Shown: in pieces, positions 25,641 to 36,700 of the stretch
How the letters are laid out: each line of letters opens with the position of its first letter
Position numbering within the stretch: position 1 is the stretch's first letter
From: Chrysemys picta bellii
Taxonomy: Eukaryota
DNA length: 64,000 bases
NCBI RefSeq assembly: GCF_011386835.1
Contig: NC_088804.1
Span: 32,612,001-32,676,000 of the forward strand
Reading direction: 5' to 3'
Program-made: the position numbers and the translations under genes
Notes under the pieces: generated by a model
The model's database searches: none
Seen by the model: the letters and a program-made list of their open reading frames with translations, nothing else
What the model was told of the DNA's origin: nothing

Positions 25641-27967
25641 AAAATAGTCCAGAATAGGGTCAAAGAAATTGTGTGATCTGATTCCGTAGGGATTAAAGGA
25701 AAATGTGACCTACATAGCCAAATGTTGCCCAGACTTGGGGGGACTAAAGCCAGGGCCCAAGACTGACTAGTATGATTGTGTGGATTGCCTATTGCTTTCC
25801 ATAAATTAAACTGTGAGGATCGAAGAGAGAAACAGTATTTTGTTATAGCTTCATTTTATTTTTCTCTGTCCTTAATTTTATATATTTTTCTTCATTTCTC
25901 TTTAAAAGAAACGGGATCTGACTGTAAAAACAGAACTGTCCAACTGGTTTTAACTAGTTTGTTAAAACGAAGACTTAGTTATTTATTGAATTTTAATTAT
26001 TATGTTTGCTTGATGTTTATCTTCCACAGCCTATTTCATGTGTGTGTAATAAATACTGAAATAATGTCATGTTTGGTAGTGTAAAACAAGCCAAACCAAA
26101 TCTCTGGCCAGAGGACCTCCAACTAAAAGTAGTATAACAAATAGGATAACTTAAAAATTACAATATCCTTCAAATCTATACTCTGAGAACATGATCCAGG
26201 AGCGTTAGGAGAGAAAAATGTTCAGACTTCAGTACCATGATTGGTTTAACTGGATGAACAAAAATATTTACTGCATAGTTTGATTGTGTTTCATCATTTG
26301 GAAAAATCTAGTAAGATGGAAAAAGCATAATTCTCATATAAACAAATCTTCAACCACTAACATACACCCTTTTTCATTATCTTTTCCATTCATAATTGAT
26401 TCTAAACGTACATGAATCTTTCAAAATAAGTGTCTTATTGATTATACCGGAAGCAAGCTGTAAAATAACATTACAAGATTCACTCTCTCTCTCTCTCTGA
26501 TTACTGTAAACGGAGATGCTGATCAGATGAAATGCTATTTTCCCCCTTTTCATATATTGTATAATTTGTAAACTATTATGTATGGAAAGTAGTGAGAGGA
26601 AAATGGCGCACATGCAGAAGGGCATTTATCATGGATAATATCTTGTCTTAATGTAGTTTGAGATGGACGATTTTATCTTCATGCAAAATGTGATGCTCTC
26701 CTCTGCATTGAATTGTGTTACAAAACTTGTGCTACAGCCTTTTGCTAGTAAAAATGCAAAGTACTCTAATGAACAGCAAATTCATTGTTGTCAGGAGCCA
26801 TTACATTTATTAAGTTATAGCCATTTTTGTACATTTGCTTGCATGTAGTCTAAATCAACTACAATTTCTCCTTAGAAAACCAATAGTGGTGGTTCTGAAA
26901 AAGTATTTTCCAGCAAATAGTCTAGTCTAGTCTAGTTAATGTAGATACAATGTTAATAAAAATAGAGTTCAATAAATATTAAAGTTGCTGTTATTCTTTC
27001 CTATTTAATAATTGTGCAATTGCTACATTCTTCACTTTTCAACAATTAAGCCCTCTTTAGCTGTGAAAAGTGTTTTTTAGTTTCTCTCTGAATGCAGGGA
27101 ATTCAGCACTAGGAGCCCCTAAAATGTTGTTGATCTAGATGGCTTTAGATGATATACTAACTGTACATCTTAGAGGTAGAAGTAAGTTTGGGTTACTTGG
27201 GAAATTGTTACATATTCTCGCTTTCTCAACAAACCATGTCTATGATCCATGTGTGGAAATATGTGAAAATCCACAGAAATTAACATAAAAGCGCTATTTA
27301 GGGAGCTGTTATTCTGAAGTCTGAGCCAGATCCCTGAATCTGGCTGAAGTGTGTTTCTCACAGAACCTGGAATGATGGAGGAAAATGTAGCTTAATGCCA
27401 CCTTTCTTCTCCCCTCATCCTCAGCCCAGCTGGGTGTCAAATCCATCATCAATGAGAGCAGCCCTTAGGGATCAAATTTGGCCACTGCCCCAGCTTATTC
27501 AAAAATACTCTTGTTTGCCTACGGGATGGGCAGGGGGAGCAGTTGGCTTGCAGTTGGTTACATCAGCTTTGTGCCATACAGTGATTCCCATGTGCCAAGC
27601 TGCACAGTGGGGAGAGAACCATGCAACAGCATCTGACCCTATTTATATTTTATTTGGTTGGTTGTGAGAGAGTTCAGAGTGTGTCTGTTAGCAAGCAGTT
27701 GAGGGATGGCTTCCTAGAAGAGGCATTACTAATCGTCTTTATAATGAACTTTGTTGATCTCTGCTCAGGGAAGCTTCCATGACATACCTTCGTTATAGCC
27801 TATTTTCTATGATGATAAATGTTGCTGAACATACTGGTGATGATCATTGTGTGGGCCTAGTGAAATATGAACTTTTGGTACAGACGCTAGGGAATTCTGA
27901 TGTCTGACGTTGATGCCAATGGATTTACTGCATTTACACTTTGGTCCAATCCAATTCTCAGAGAGGG

Positions 27968-28823
27968 TGTGACTAATATGGCAATTTCCTATAGTATTGT
28001 GGACAAACCTTATTGAATTAAGTTTGTGTCTCAGGAGTTCATTGTAGTAAAAAGGCAAATGTGTATGTACTATTGTGGGATTGTGTGTAATGTCTCTAGG
28101 AGGAAGACATGACTAATGTAAACCCTGGGAAGTGTGATGAGCTTCAAAGACTAGACAAGAATGAATGTATAAAGTTAAGTGGGTTTTCCAGCAAATCTCT
28201 AGGGGAAGGCATATGCAAATGGACCCCTTCTGATTATGCAAGAACTCAGCCTTTTGAATCTTAAGGGAGGGATCTTTGTCTGCTGATCACCTGTTACATG
28301 AAGACAAGATCAGAAGCTCAAATTGTATAAAGAAGTGACTCTCAGATTCCTAGGGGTTCTTGTACTGAGCAAATGATGTTATGAATTAGTAACCGTAGAA
28401 AAAACCCTATATGGGGTTTGAAGGACTGACTTCTACCAGAGACCTTGTTGAGTTGGGATGATCTCTGGTAAGCTTATGAGCATGTGTGTAGGCTCTTTTA
28501 TTGTTTTAATATGTTTTTTTCTGTAATGCTTTCACCTTAAAAATGAATGTGTTTGCTTAGGAAAAGCTGTGTGGTACCTTATAACTGTGGGCAATTATGC
28601 GGTTGATAGCCTGCGAGGAGAAAGCAAAGTCTGCTTAGACAGTGTGACTTGCTTGAAAACTCACAGTGGTGTAATCAGGTGCAGTCTGGAAAAACCTTGG
28701 TCAGGAGAGAGAGTCAGTCACACGTCTCCACCCAAGAGAAGTGATAGCTAAGGAACTGAGAGCCTCGAGTGGGTGCCCTTGCTGGAACACAAGGGGCAAA
28801 TACCCTTCCCCTGAACTGTGACG
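27968..28823 (+). mobile_element. probable solo LTR (Gypsy-type), about 856 bp
   Basis: Starts TGTGAC and ends GTGACG (CA changed to CG). Internal 'tgtataaag' TATA-like box and LTR-like composition. G-rich flanks only partly match as a TSD. Confidence 0.6.
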
Positions 28824-30984
28824 GGGGAACCCTTTTTTTTTTTCTGTCCCTTCATCTGTCTTTCTCCACTGTCCATGATTCACTTACACTTTTTAATAAT
28901 AAAATCCAAAAGCTACAGCAATCTGTTGTAGACACTATGGAATCTTAGGGCAGAAGGAATGCAATCAAGGAGAAAAGTCATAATAGTCACAGCGAAGAAC
29001 AGCTGCAGAAGGGGGGGAAGCAAAGGGGAGATAGGAGGGTGAGCTGGAGAGAGAAGGTAGCCATGTATTATGTGGAGTAAAAACGAGGACAACTGAGAGT
29101 TATGCTTTGAATGTCGTTCTTGGGTGTGCTTTATCATCTTCACATGAAGGTAAATCAAATCAAGGGAAGATTACTCTGTAAATGAAGTGGGGATATTATT
29201 TCTTCATATGGTATATTTAAGCTGTTTTTGTCAGAGTGACAGATCAGGAGCTGTAAGGCATGTCATTTAGCAGTCACAATCCAACATTTTAGCAGATATA
29301 TTTGCCATACTCTGCAGGTCCCTGACGCAAATTATTCCATGGGGGGCAGCTCTTGTGTAATAAAGGCTGCCAGGTTATACAACAACCTTGCCATAAATTG
29401 ACAAGACACGAGGAAAGGTGCCTGGCCTCCTTTAAACATATTCAGACACCTGTTTCTTTTACCCCTCCCACGTAGATGTGAAAACTAACAATCAGGAATT
29501 TGGAAGCCTTTAGCACTCGGTTCCGGCTGCAACACAGTTAGTAATTGGAACTCACTTTTTATTAGAGAAATTAGTAGTGGAATCAGCTGGGGTTGAGGGC
29601 AAAATAGAAAAACAGAATGAAAGCAAAAAGTGGAGAAATTTTCAGAGAATTATCGACTTTCTTGATTATGAGCACATGGGAACATTGACACTCAGGGTAC
29701 CTAATTCTGAGGTTACTGACTATCATTTCTGCCTTGTTTATTCTGCCAGAGGCTGTCGGTCCCTGTGATTGATGGGCTTCATTCGTTCAAAGTCTTGCAT
29801 TTCTGTCCAGGTGGTCCTTTCAGTCTATTCACTCTTTCTTAGTACAGCAGTCCATGCCAAGTTTCCCGTGTGCCCACTGTTAAAATGGTAAATAAAAGCC
29901 CTTTAGCTAAGCCTCAGGCTCTGAGAGGACCTCCTTTTATTATGAACTTTGGTCGTGATTTCTCGGAAAATCTTCTGAGAGTCACTTGCTGAAATCTCAG
30001 TTGATAGTCACAGCCAAAGGGCAAAAGGTAATCAGATACCAGCTAATTAGGTAATGCATGTTGATTGCGGTGATCATACATGTGGATGTTTTTTATCTTT
30101 CATTAATTTAAATATTTTAGCCATTAATTGATAGACGTTGTACAAATTACTCTTCATGCCTGGGCCAAGCAGGTTTCCTTTATATTAAATGGTAATAAAA
30201 AAATGTGATCATGGAACTGCAGTATCTGTTCTTCAGGAGCAGAGAGAGAGTCATCAGTGTAATGATTCTCCTTAGTTTATAAGCTTCAGAGGAGCAGAGT
30301 GAATTGCCAGGGCAAGAGGTCCTGCTTAGCTTCTAAGCTCCTTATGAGCCACACAAAACACTAGTGCTGGGAATCCTGTCAAGTGAGCTATGCAGAGTCA
30401 GGGAAGAGACACCTGGCACTGGGCCCACTGCTGAGTTTCAGACCATGGGCACCAATGCAATTGCCACAGAATGTGCACACGCACCTCTTGTCTGGGCAAA
30501 CTCAGCATGTGCACGTATATAAAGGTTGGTTGTGAACCTTGTTTAAATGAAATTTGGTTGGGATGTAGAAGTCAGTTAGAAGTCAGTTTGGCCTGTTCTA
30601 TTGAAGTTTTTTGTGACAAGGCTAACGAATGGGATGGTGAAATCAGTTTTGTCTCCTCTTCATCTCCATGCAGCACTCAGTCATATATAAACAAGCCTAG
30701 CATTTGTTACTTCTTCTTCTCCAAATTAGTTTAGTTGACAGCTGGAACAGAGATAGCAGAAAAGTCTCAGATGGAAAAGTTTGGGGAGAAAGAAATAATT
30801 GGAAACATTTCTGCTTATACAGCATATATATTTTCTGTGTTTTCTCTCGCCTTGTTCTTTATTTCCAAAGCAACTCATTGTAATATCATAGAGAAAGGAT
30901 TGCTATGATTTCAAGTGTGGTATCTGCAAGAAGTACAGATGAACTCTTAAGGAACTAAGTTCTTTGTTTAATTCCAATGACCAA

Positions 30985-31500
30985 TTAATGACGACCAAGA
31001 GAAAAGGAATCCGTGATACGCCAACAGCAAGGTTTATAAATTGAAAAGTTTTCCAAAGATTTCAGCAAGGTATCAGAAACAGTATCAGTAATAAATTCAG
31101 GTGCACTTTCAACTATGCTGGCAGAAGCAGCAGAAATAGTTGCATGGTGATATGCAGCCGTCATGGCAGCAGCTATAGATTCAGGTTCAGATGCTGCAAT
31201 GTCAAAAGCAGCAAAAATAGATTTGGAAACAGACCTTGCAATCATGGCAGAAGAAGGAGCAGTAGAGGAAAGGTCTACAGCAGCAAGTGCAACGGCAGCT
31301 GTAAATCAAGGCTGTTTTCTCTTCTTCCATAAAACAGGGCTAAACAGAAACAGCAGCTAGTGCTTCTAATTTACAAACAAGAAGATTCTTCGCATTCCAT
31401 TAATATCTCCTCCACCACCATCAGCTGTTGAACAGCCTCTTTCTCTGCCACAAACTATGTGGATGTATTGAGAAAAGCACATATATCTACCAGTTAAGGT
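30985..31500. pseudogene. decayed Ala-rich coding-like relic of unknown origin
   Basis: Strong GCA/GCN 3-nt periodicity. Overlapping ORFs 31163..31360 (+) and 30985..31245 (-) share third codon positions, with only a few interrupting stops. Confidence 0.45.
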
Positions 31501-31558
31501 TAACAATATCAAAAGATTAGGAGTACTTATGGGATGTAGCAATGGCCAGGTTCATGCT

Positions 31559-31850
31559 GGACTAAACGGCTTGGCAACTTGGGTATTCGTTATGGGATAT
31601 GCATCCTTTTTATCTTTATTATGGGACACGGTTTCATATCTTGCCTTGGTTACTATTGACAAAATGTCATTACCGTCTGATGGTTGTTCAGTGCCCTCCT
31701 GTGTGTAAAGTTAGATTAGTCTCAATCCATTTGTTAGTGGACTCAGTGGATATGTCACAAAAATCACCACCAGGTTAGCAATGATTGATACTTTTCAGAG
31801 AGTCCATGGATTGAACAGACATAGAGACTGTATACTCTCTCTCTGAGTGA
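31559..31850 (+). mobile_element. LF-SINE
   Basis: 'gtcattaccgtctgatggttgttcagtg...gtctcaatccatttgttagtggac...tcacaaaaatcaccacc...ggattgaacagacatagagactg' follows the LF-SINE body, preceded by a degenerate tRNA head. It is homologous to the copy at 61983-62185. Confidence 0.8.
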
Positions 31851-33266
31851 CCAGCAGTTTGCTAGGTGCTTCTGAGGCTCAAATAAAGAGAATCTTAAAT
31901 CTAAATTCAGACCTGGCACATACAAAATGGGGGAAGGAGAACAGAAGGACAAAGGCTCTCAGAATAAGTTTGCATAGTTACCCAATAAAGCATGTAATTA
32001 AAATTCTTTAATTATTTTATCTAAAGGTCCAGCTCCAATGATCCTGAGTCAGGATAACCCAACCATATGTCATTGTTGCCTCATAATACACCGTCTTAAC
32101 TTCCTGACCTGAACACTGCAGTATAGCACGGGTGGCAGTTAGACTGATTGCTACATCTACCTCCATATGGGTCTGCATTGCAGTAGTGAATACAGAGATC
32201 CCTATATAGAGGGATTTTGCAATTCTGTATACTAACTGGATGCTTACAAAAGGCTCTGTAAAAATTAATAAATAACCTTACTAATAGAGGGTAGTATTTT
32301 TGAATTCTCCTGATCGGATAAACATAGATATAAAAAATAAACTATAACAGTGAGCGAAGGAAACATATTAAATGAGAACTGAATCGATGCTTTGCTGTTG
32401 TAGTCACCAGTAAAAATAGTTACAACATAGCGGATTTTTAATTCTGTGTACGAACTCTCAGCTAGTGCAAATTGGTGTATCTCCATTGACATCAATGAAT
32501 TAATTTGCACTGAGGATCAAGCGGTTTTGTGCTCCTCTTTTAGTTATAATTGAAGATAATGCTGGTGAATGTGTAATAATATCTGTTGGCAAGTGCTAGT
32601 TTCTTAGGTAAAACAAAACGCAGAGGCATTATTCTTCTACCAACAGGATATAAGTAACTCCCATTTGCTTCAGTGGAAGTTACTTGAGTGGGTCTGGATC
32701 ACCCTCTCCTATGGTAAAAACCCTTGCAGAGATTGCCCCATATCTCACCATTGAGGCAGAGTCTGCTTGCACAAAGTAGGCCATAGAACCATTCCCCAGC
32801 TGTTCACGTCCTAGGGGATTGGTGAGAACTCTGTCCCACAATCTGCCTCCTGGCAGTTCACCTCTACTGGAGCCACAGCTTCCAGGACTTCTCCTGTTGC
32901 AGCTGTCATGGGGATCCCCACCACAGAGGTGTGGGGCAAATATAATATTGTCCCATGCTATATTATCTATTTTTAATAAACTTTGACAGAGTGGAGGTGG
33001 ACATAGAGGTGGACAATGTGGCATCTCCCTCACTCAGTGCAGGGTCATTCAGTCTTTGCCTCTTTCCCCTGCACAGATTCTGACCCTATAAAGTGCTCCT
33101 GTGGGAAGAGGGGAGATCTTGCCATGGAGGAGACAGACACTGCCCATCTTCTGTGTGAGAGGGGAGAGCTCTGTGTGAAAGATGATGATTCCCACCCCAA
33201 TCCACAAATCCTGCAGTGGGGAGACTAAGGCCCCAGGGATTTTTTTGAGAGTCCTTGTTACTACAG

Positions 33267-33484
33267 AAACAACAAGGAGTCTGGTGGCACCTTAAAGACT
33301 AACAGATTTATTTGGGCATAAGCTTTCGTGAGTAAAAACCTCACTTCTTCGGATGCATAGAGTCCGAAGAAGTGAGGTTTTTACTCACGAAAGCTTATGC
33401 CCAAATAAATCTGTTAGTCTTTAAGGTGCCACCAGACTCCTTGTTGTTTTTGTAGATACAGACTAACACGGCTACCCCCTGATA
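33267..33484. mobile_element. palindromic Penelope terminal (pseudo-LTR) insertion, young
   Basis: Perfect 87-bp inverted repeat (33267-33353 / 33363-33449) with a 9-nt loop, and tail 'gactaacacggctaccccctgata'. The 14-bp TSD 'cttgttactacaga' lies at 33254-33267 and 33485-33498. Confidence 0.95.
33316..33356 (-). ncRNA. minimal hammerhead-ribozyme-like motif
   Basis: Minus strand reads GCAU-CCGAAGA-A-GUGAG(GUUUUUA)CUCAC-GAAA-GCUU-AUGC. Helix I and helix II pair, the core is C(C)GANGA...GAAA, and the helix III region is palindromic AGCU. Confidence 0.65.
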
Positions 33485-34400
33485 CTTGTTACTACAGAGC
33501 AACTGTATAAATGTGCTTATGGGAAAATGTACAGTGAACAAATTCCTGTTCAAACAAACATAGCAGCCAGAAATATTCATGTCCCCTTCTGCACATTTTG
33601 CTGCTGCAGTATATGGCATGATGTTATTTAGAATTTTATGGCAACGGTTACGTTAGCCTTGTAGACAGTTTTTACTAGCATTTTTTACTGTTACATTTGC
33701 TTATATGTCTAACTTTCTGTTGTTGCAAAGATGTTGCATGTTGTGTTCAAATAATCGATACTAGTACAAGGGCTGTTCCATGGGGATCACGTTATATGAG
33801 TTTATAATATACAATATGTTCTTTGATGAATACAGAGTGTTTGCTGGGGTTTTTTCTCTTTTAAATACAGAAATTTCTAGTTGTGTTTATTCCCCTCGTC
33901 AGCATACTTTATCATATCAAAGCCTTTACAGACAGTGTAGAACTACTGAGTTATGTTTGGGTCATGTTTTGCAGCGTGCCCTTTAATACTGTAGCTTTAG
34001 AAATGCAATTTTCAGCCTCTGCTTATTAGAATATGATAAAGTATTCCTGGTCTATGTCCAGCTCCACTAATCTCCAGACTACACTTCATGAATTAGGCAT
34101 GAAGATTTTAGTCAATGTGCTTTCAAAGACCAATGTTTAGGGAATCATGGATTTTCTACAAGCTGAGGGAGAAATCTATAATAGGAGAAACTGATTTTCA
34201 AACATCATATTCTCTGGAAGAAATGACCAGTTCTGTCTTGGAAACAGAAAACATTTCCTTATTAGAATGCTCAAGAACTGGTTAAAAAACCGGAATTTCT
34301 TTTAAAAGCACTAGTTTTTTTTTAAAAATATGTAAATACAGCATAGTGTATAGTGTCTCATTCAAATATTAGGTGCTTTGTATAGACCTCCTGAAGGGTA

Positions 34401-34538
34401 ACAACATAAGAATGGCTAGACTGGGTCAGATCAATGGTCCATCTAGACAGCATTCTGTCTTCGGACAGTGGCTAGTGCCAGAGGGAATGAACAGAGCAGG
34501 GCAATTTAGCGAGTGATCTATCTCCTGTCGTCCAGTCC
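34401..34538 (-). mobile_element. CR1 3' UTR fragment
   Basis: 'aacataagaatggctagactgggtcagatcaatggtccatctag...' is the reverse complement of the tail at 40060-40157. Confidence 0.88.
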
Positions 34539-36169
34539 TAGGGTGGGTTAAAAACTGGAACAAGTTGAATCAGTTTAGCAATATTAACGTCCTCACTAGT
34601 GAACATTTGTCCACTTTACCTCTGCACAGTTCACACAGCTCATAGTTTCTACATTCGTGAGGTCTGTCACAGCAATGCTGCCATGTTTTTTTTTAACCAA
34701 TTTACATTTTTTACCAATTGTTGCGTATTGGAAACTGATAAGTGAATAGAGCTGGGTGAGAGAGGTTGATTCTCCAGTTAGCTTTCTCAGAAGGCTAAAT
34801 GCAACATAAAATAATAATAAAAAAAAATACACAAAAGTAAGCATTCAAAGTACCATGCAGTCTGACCCCCGAGTACCAATTGATGGCCTTAATTATCTCT
34901 TGTTTCTGCAGCTAGACACATCATCTTGACTTCTGTGAAACATAGGCTCAAAGATGATTCATGAGCTAATCATCTTCAGAAAGATGTGAAGCCATCAGTC
35001 AGGCTTCATGGAACTATAAACAATTTCCAACTCACTGAAAAAGTCACCTGTTGGTATCCCACGCATATTTTGCTTCAGCCATGATACTTTTTGAAAACAC
35101 AGGTTATATGTAATGTAGTCCTGCTCCAAGGCCCATAAGATTGACCTTTCTATGCAAAAATCCACCAAAGCTCGATAAATGAGTGTGTTTACAGCACCGA
35201 TTCCAGTCATGTGAAATTACAGTGGCATTACATTGTCCCTTTTATTGAGAAGCATTTTTGGAAAACAGTTATGGTATATGATGTACAGAGTGTCTTCTAA
35301 GCATTTTGACATCAATCTATAGTCTTCCTGTGTGTATTGATAGTGTCTTGCATGTACTGGGCACTACTGGCATAATAATGAACAATGATATTGACACATC
35401 AAGGCATAGGAGGAAAGTTATTGCCTGTCTGAATGTGGATGAGAACACCTTTGTTTTAAAAAAGAGAATATTGCATAATTCATAGAATAATGATAATTAA
35501 AATAATAAATACTCTTTGGGAGGGCAATTATTTTTGTGTGTATTTGCCTGCATTTCTTCCTGACACCACCCGATATTCGGATATTTTACTAAAAGCAGGA
35601 TAATTTATTCTCAGCTGTTGGGTAAAGATCAAACATGAAATCCGGGCACCATCAAAGTCAATGGGAGTTTTACCATTGATTTAAGTGGGGCTGGGATTTC
35701 ACACAACATGTAATATCAGTTTAATACTCAGAATAGAGGATGTCTGCTCTAGGAGGATGGAATCTGGTTCTCGCTTGGGGGAGGCATAATGATGGCCTTT
35801 GCCATCTCTATGGGCCCGATTCTTCAAATTCTAATATCAATGTTATGTCTTCATTGGGCAAATGGCTACAAAAAGCATAAGGTCTGGCGACCCAGGCCTT
35901 TGAACCAGCTCATCTATTGCCATTTTAAATGTGTTTCCAGTAAGTTAAGTTTAAAGCCATGCTTAACAATACATTTCCTTTGTCACTTTGGATGATACCA
36001 GGAAACACACAGATGTGTGCTTGGGATCTATAGGTAGCTGGCTACAATTCTATTAATTCTTAAACCCAGACTTAAAGTAACACCCTGCTCAGCACAAACA
36101 TGTAAATATCATGATGCAATCCATAAGAGGGAAACCTGGTCCCCCCCCGCCTTGCCTCAAACCCCTTCA

Positions 36170-36700
36170 GACTTTGGATGGGATGGACAGAGATAGGGGA
36201 TGCAGCAAGAGAAGTTAGAGGTAGAGTTAGGATAGCGTGTGTGAATTTTTGTGGGGAGGAGACAATGAGAGAGAGTTTTAGGGATGGCGGTAGTAATAGA
36301 TTTTGTGTGTGTGTGTGTGTGTGTGTGTCTGACATTTGGATGGTAGGTACAGGAGAGATGGTGTGAGATATTTCAGGGAAGGCAGGAGAATGTGCATGAG
36401 ATGAAGATGAGATGAGTACAGAGAGAGTGGAAAAGGGGAAGGTGAGAGAAAAATGGAGTGATAGAGGATGAGGGGAGAGTGTGAAGGTATGGAGGCAGGA
36501 ATGAGAAAACCACATAGGAAAGAAAGAGGCAGGTAATGGAGGAGAAGGGGAGAAAACAGAGGGAACAGGCGCTACAGAATGTAGCAAAAACATGGAAGGG
36601 ACAATACCCTGTAAAACACTCAGGAAAAGAACAAATGTGTGCATTAGAAGGAAGGAAAAAATAAAATGAGGGAAGTGAAAAGAATGAGGGTAGGAGAACC
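36170..36700 (+). repeat. purine-rich (GA) low-complexity tract with (TG)12 at 36304-36328
   Basis: Strong strand bias toward A/G, which explains the long Leu/Ser/Pro/Phe-rich minus ORFs. Confidence 0.75.

Noticed and set aside
31440-31720. Minus-strand motifs DKKDAYPIT and VDICAFLNTS resembling polyomavirus VP1 (DKDNAYPVE, VDICGLFTNTS)
   Set aside because: The first motif lies inside the LF-SINE, the two motifs are in different frames, and the spacing is about 25 aa too short. Chance resemblance.
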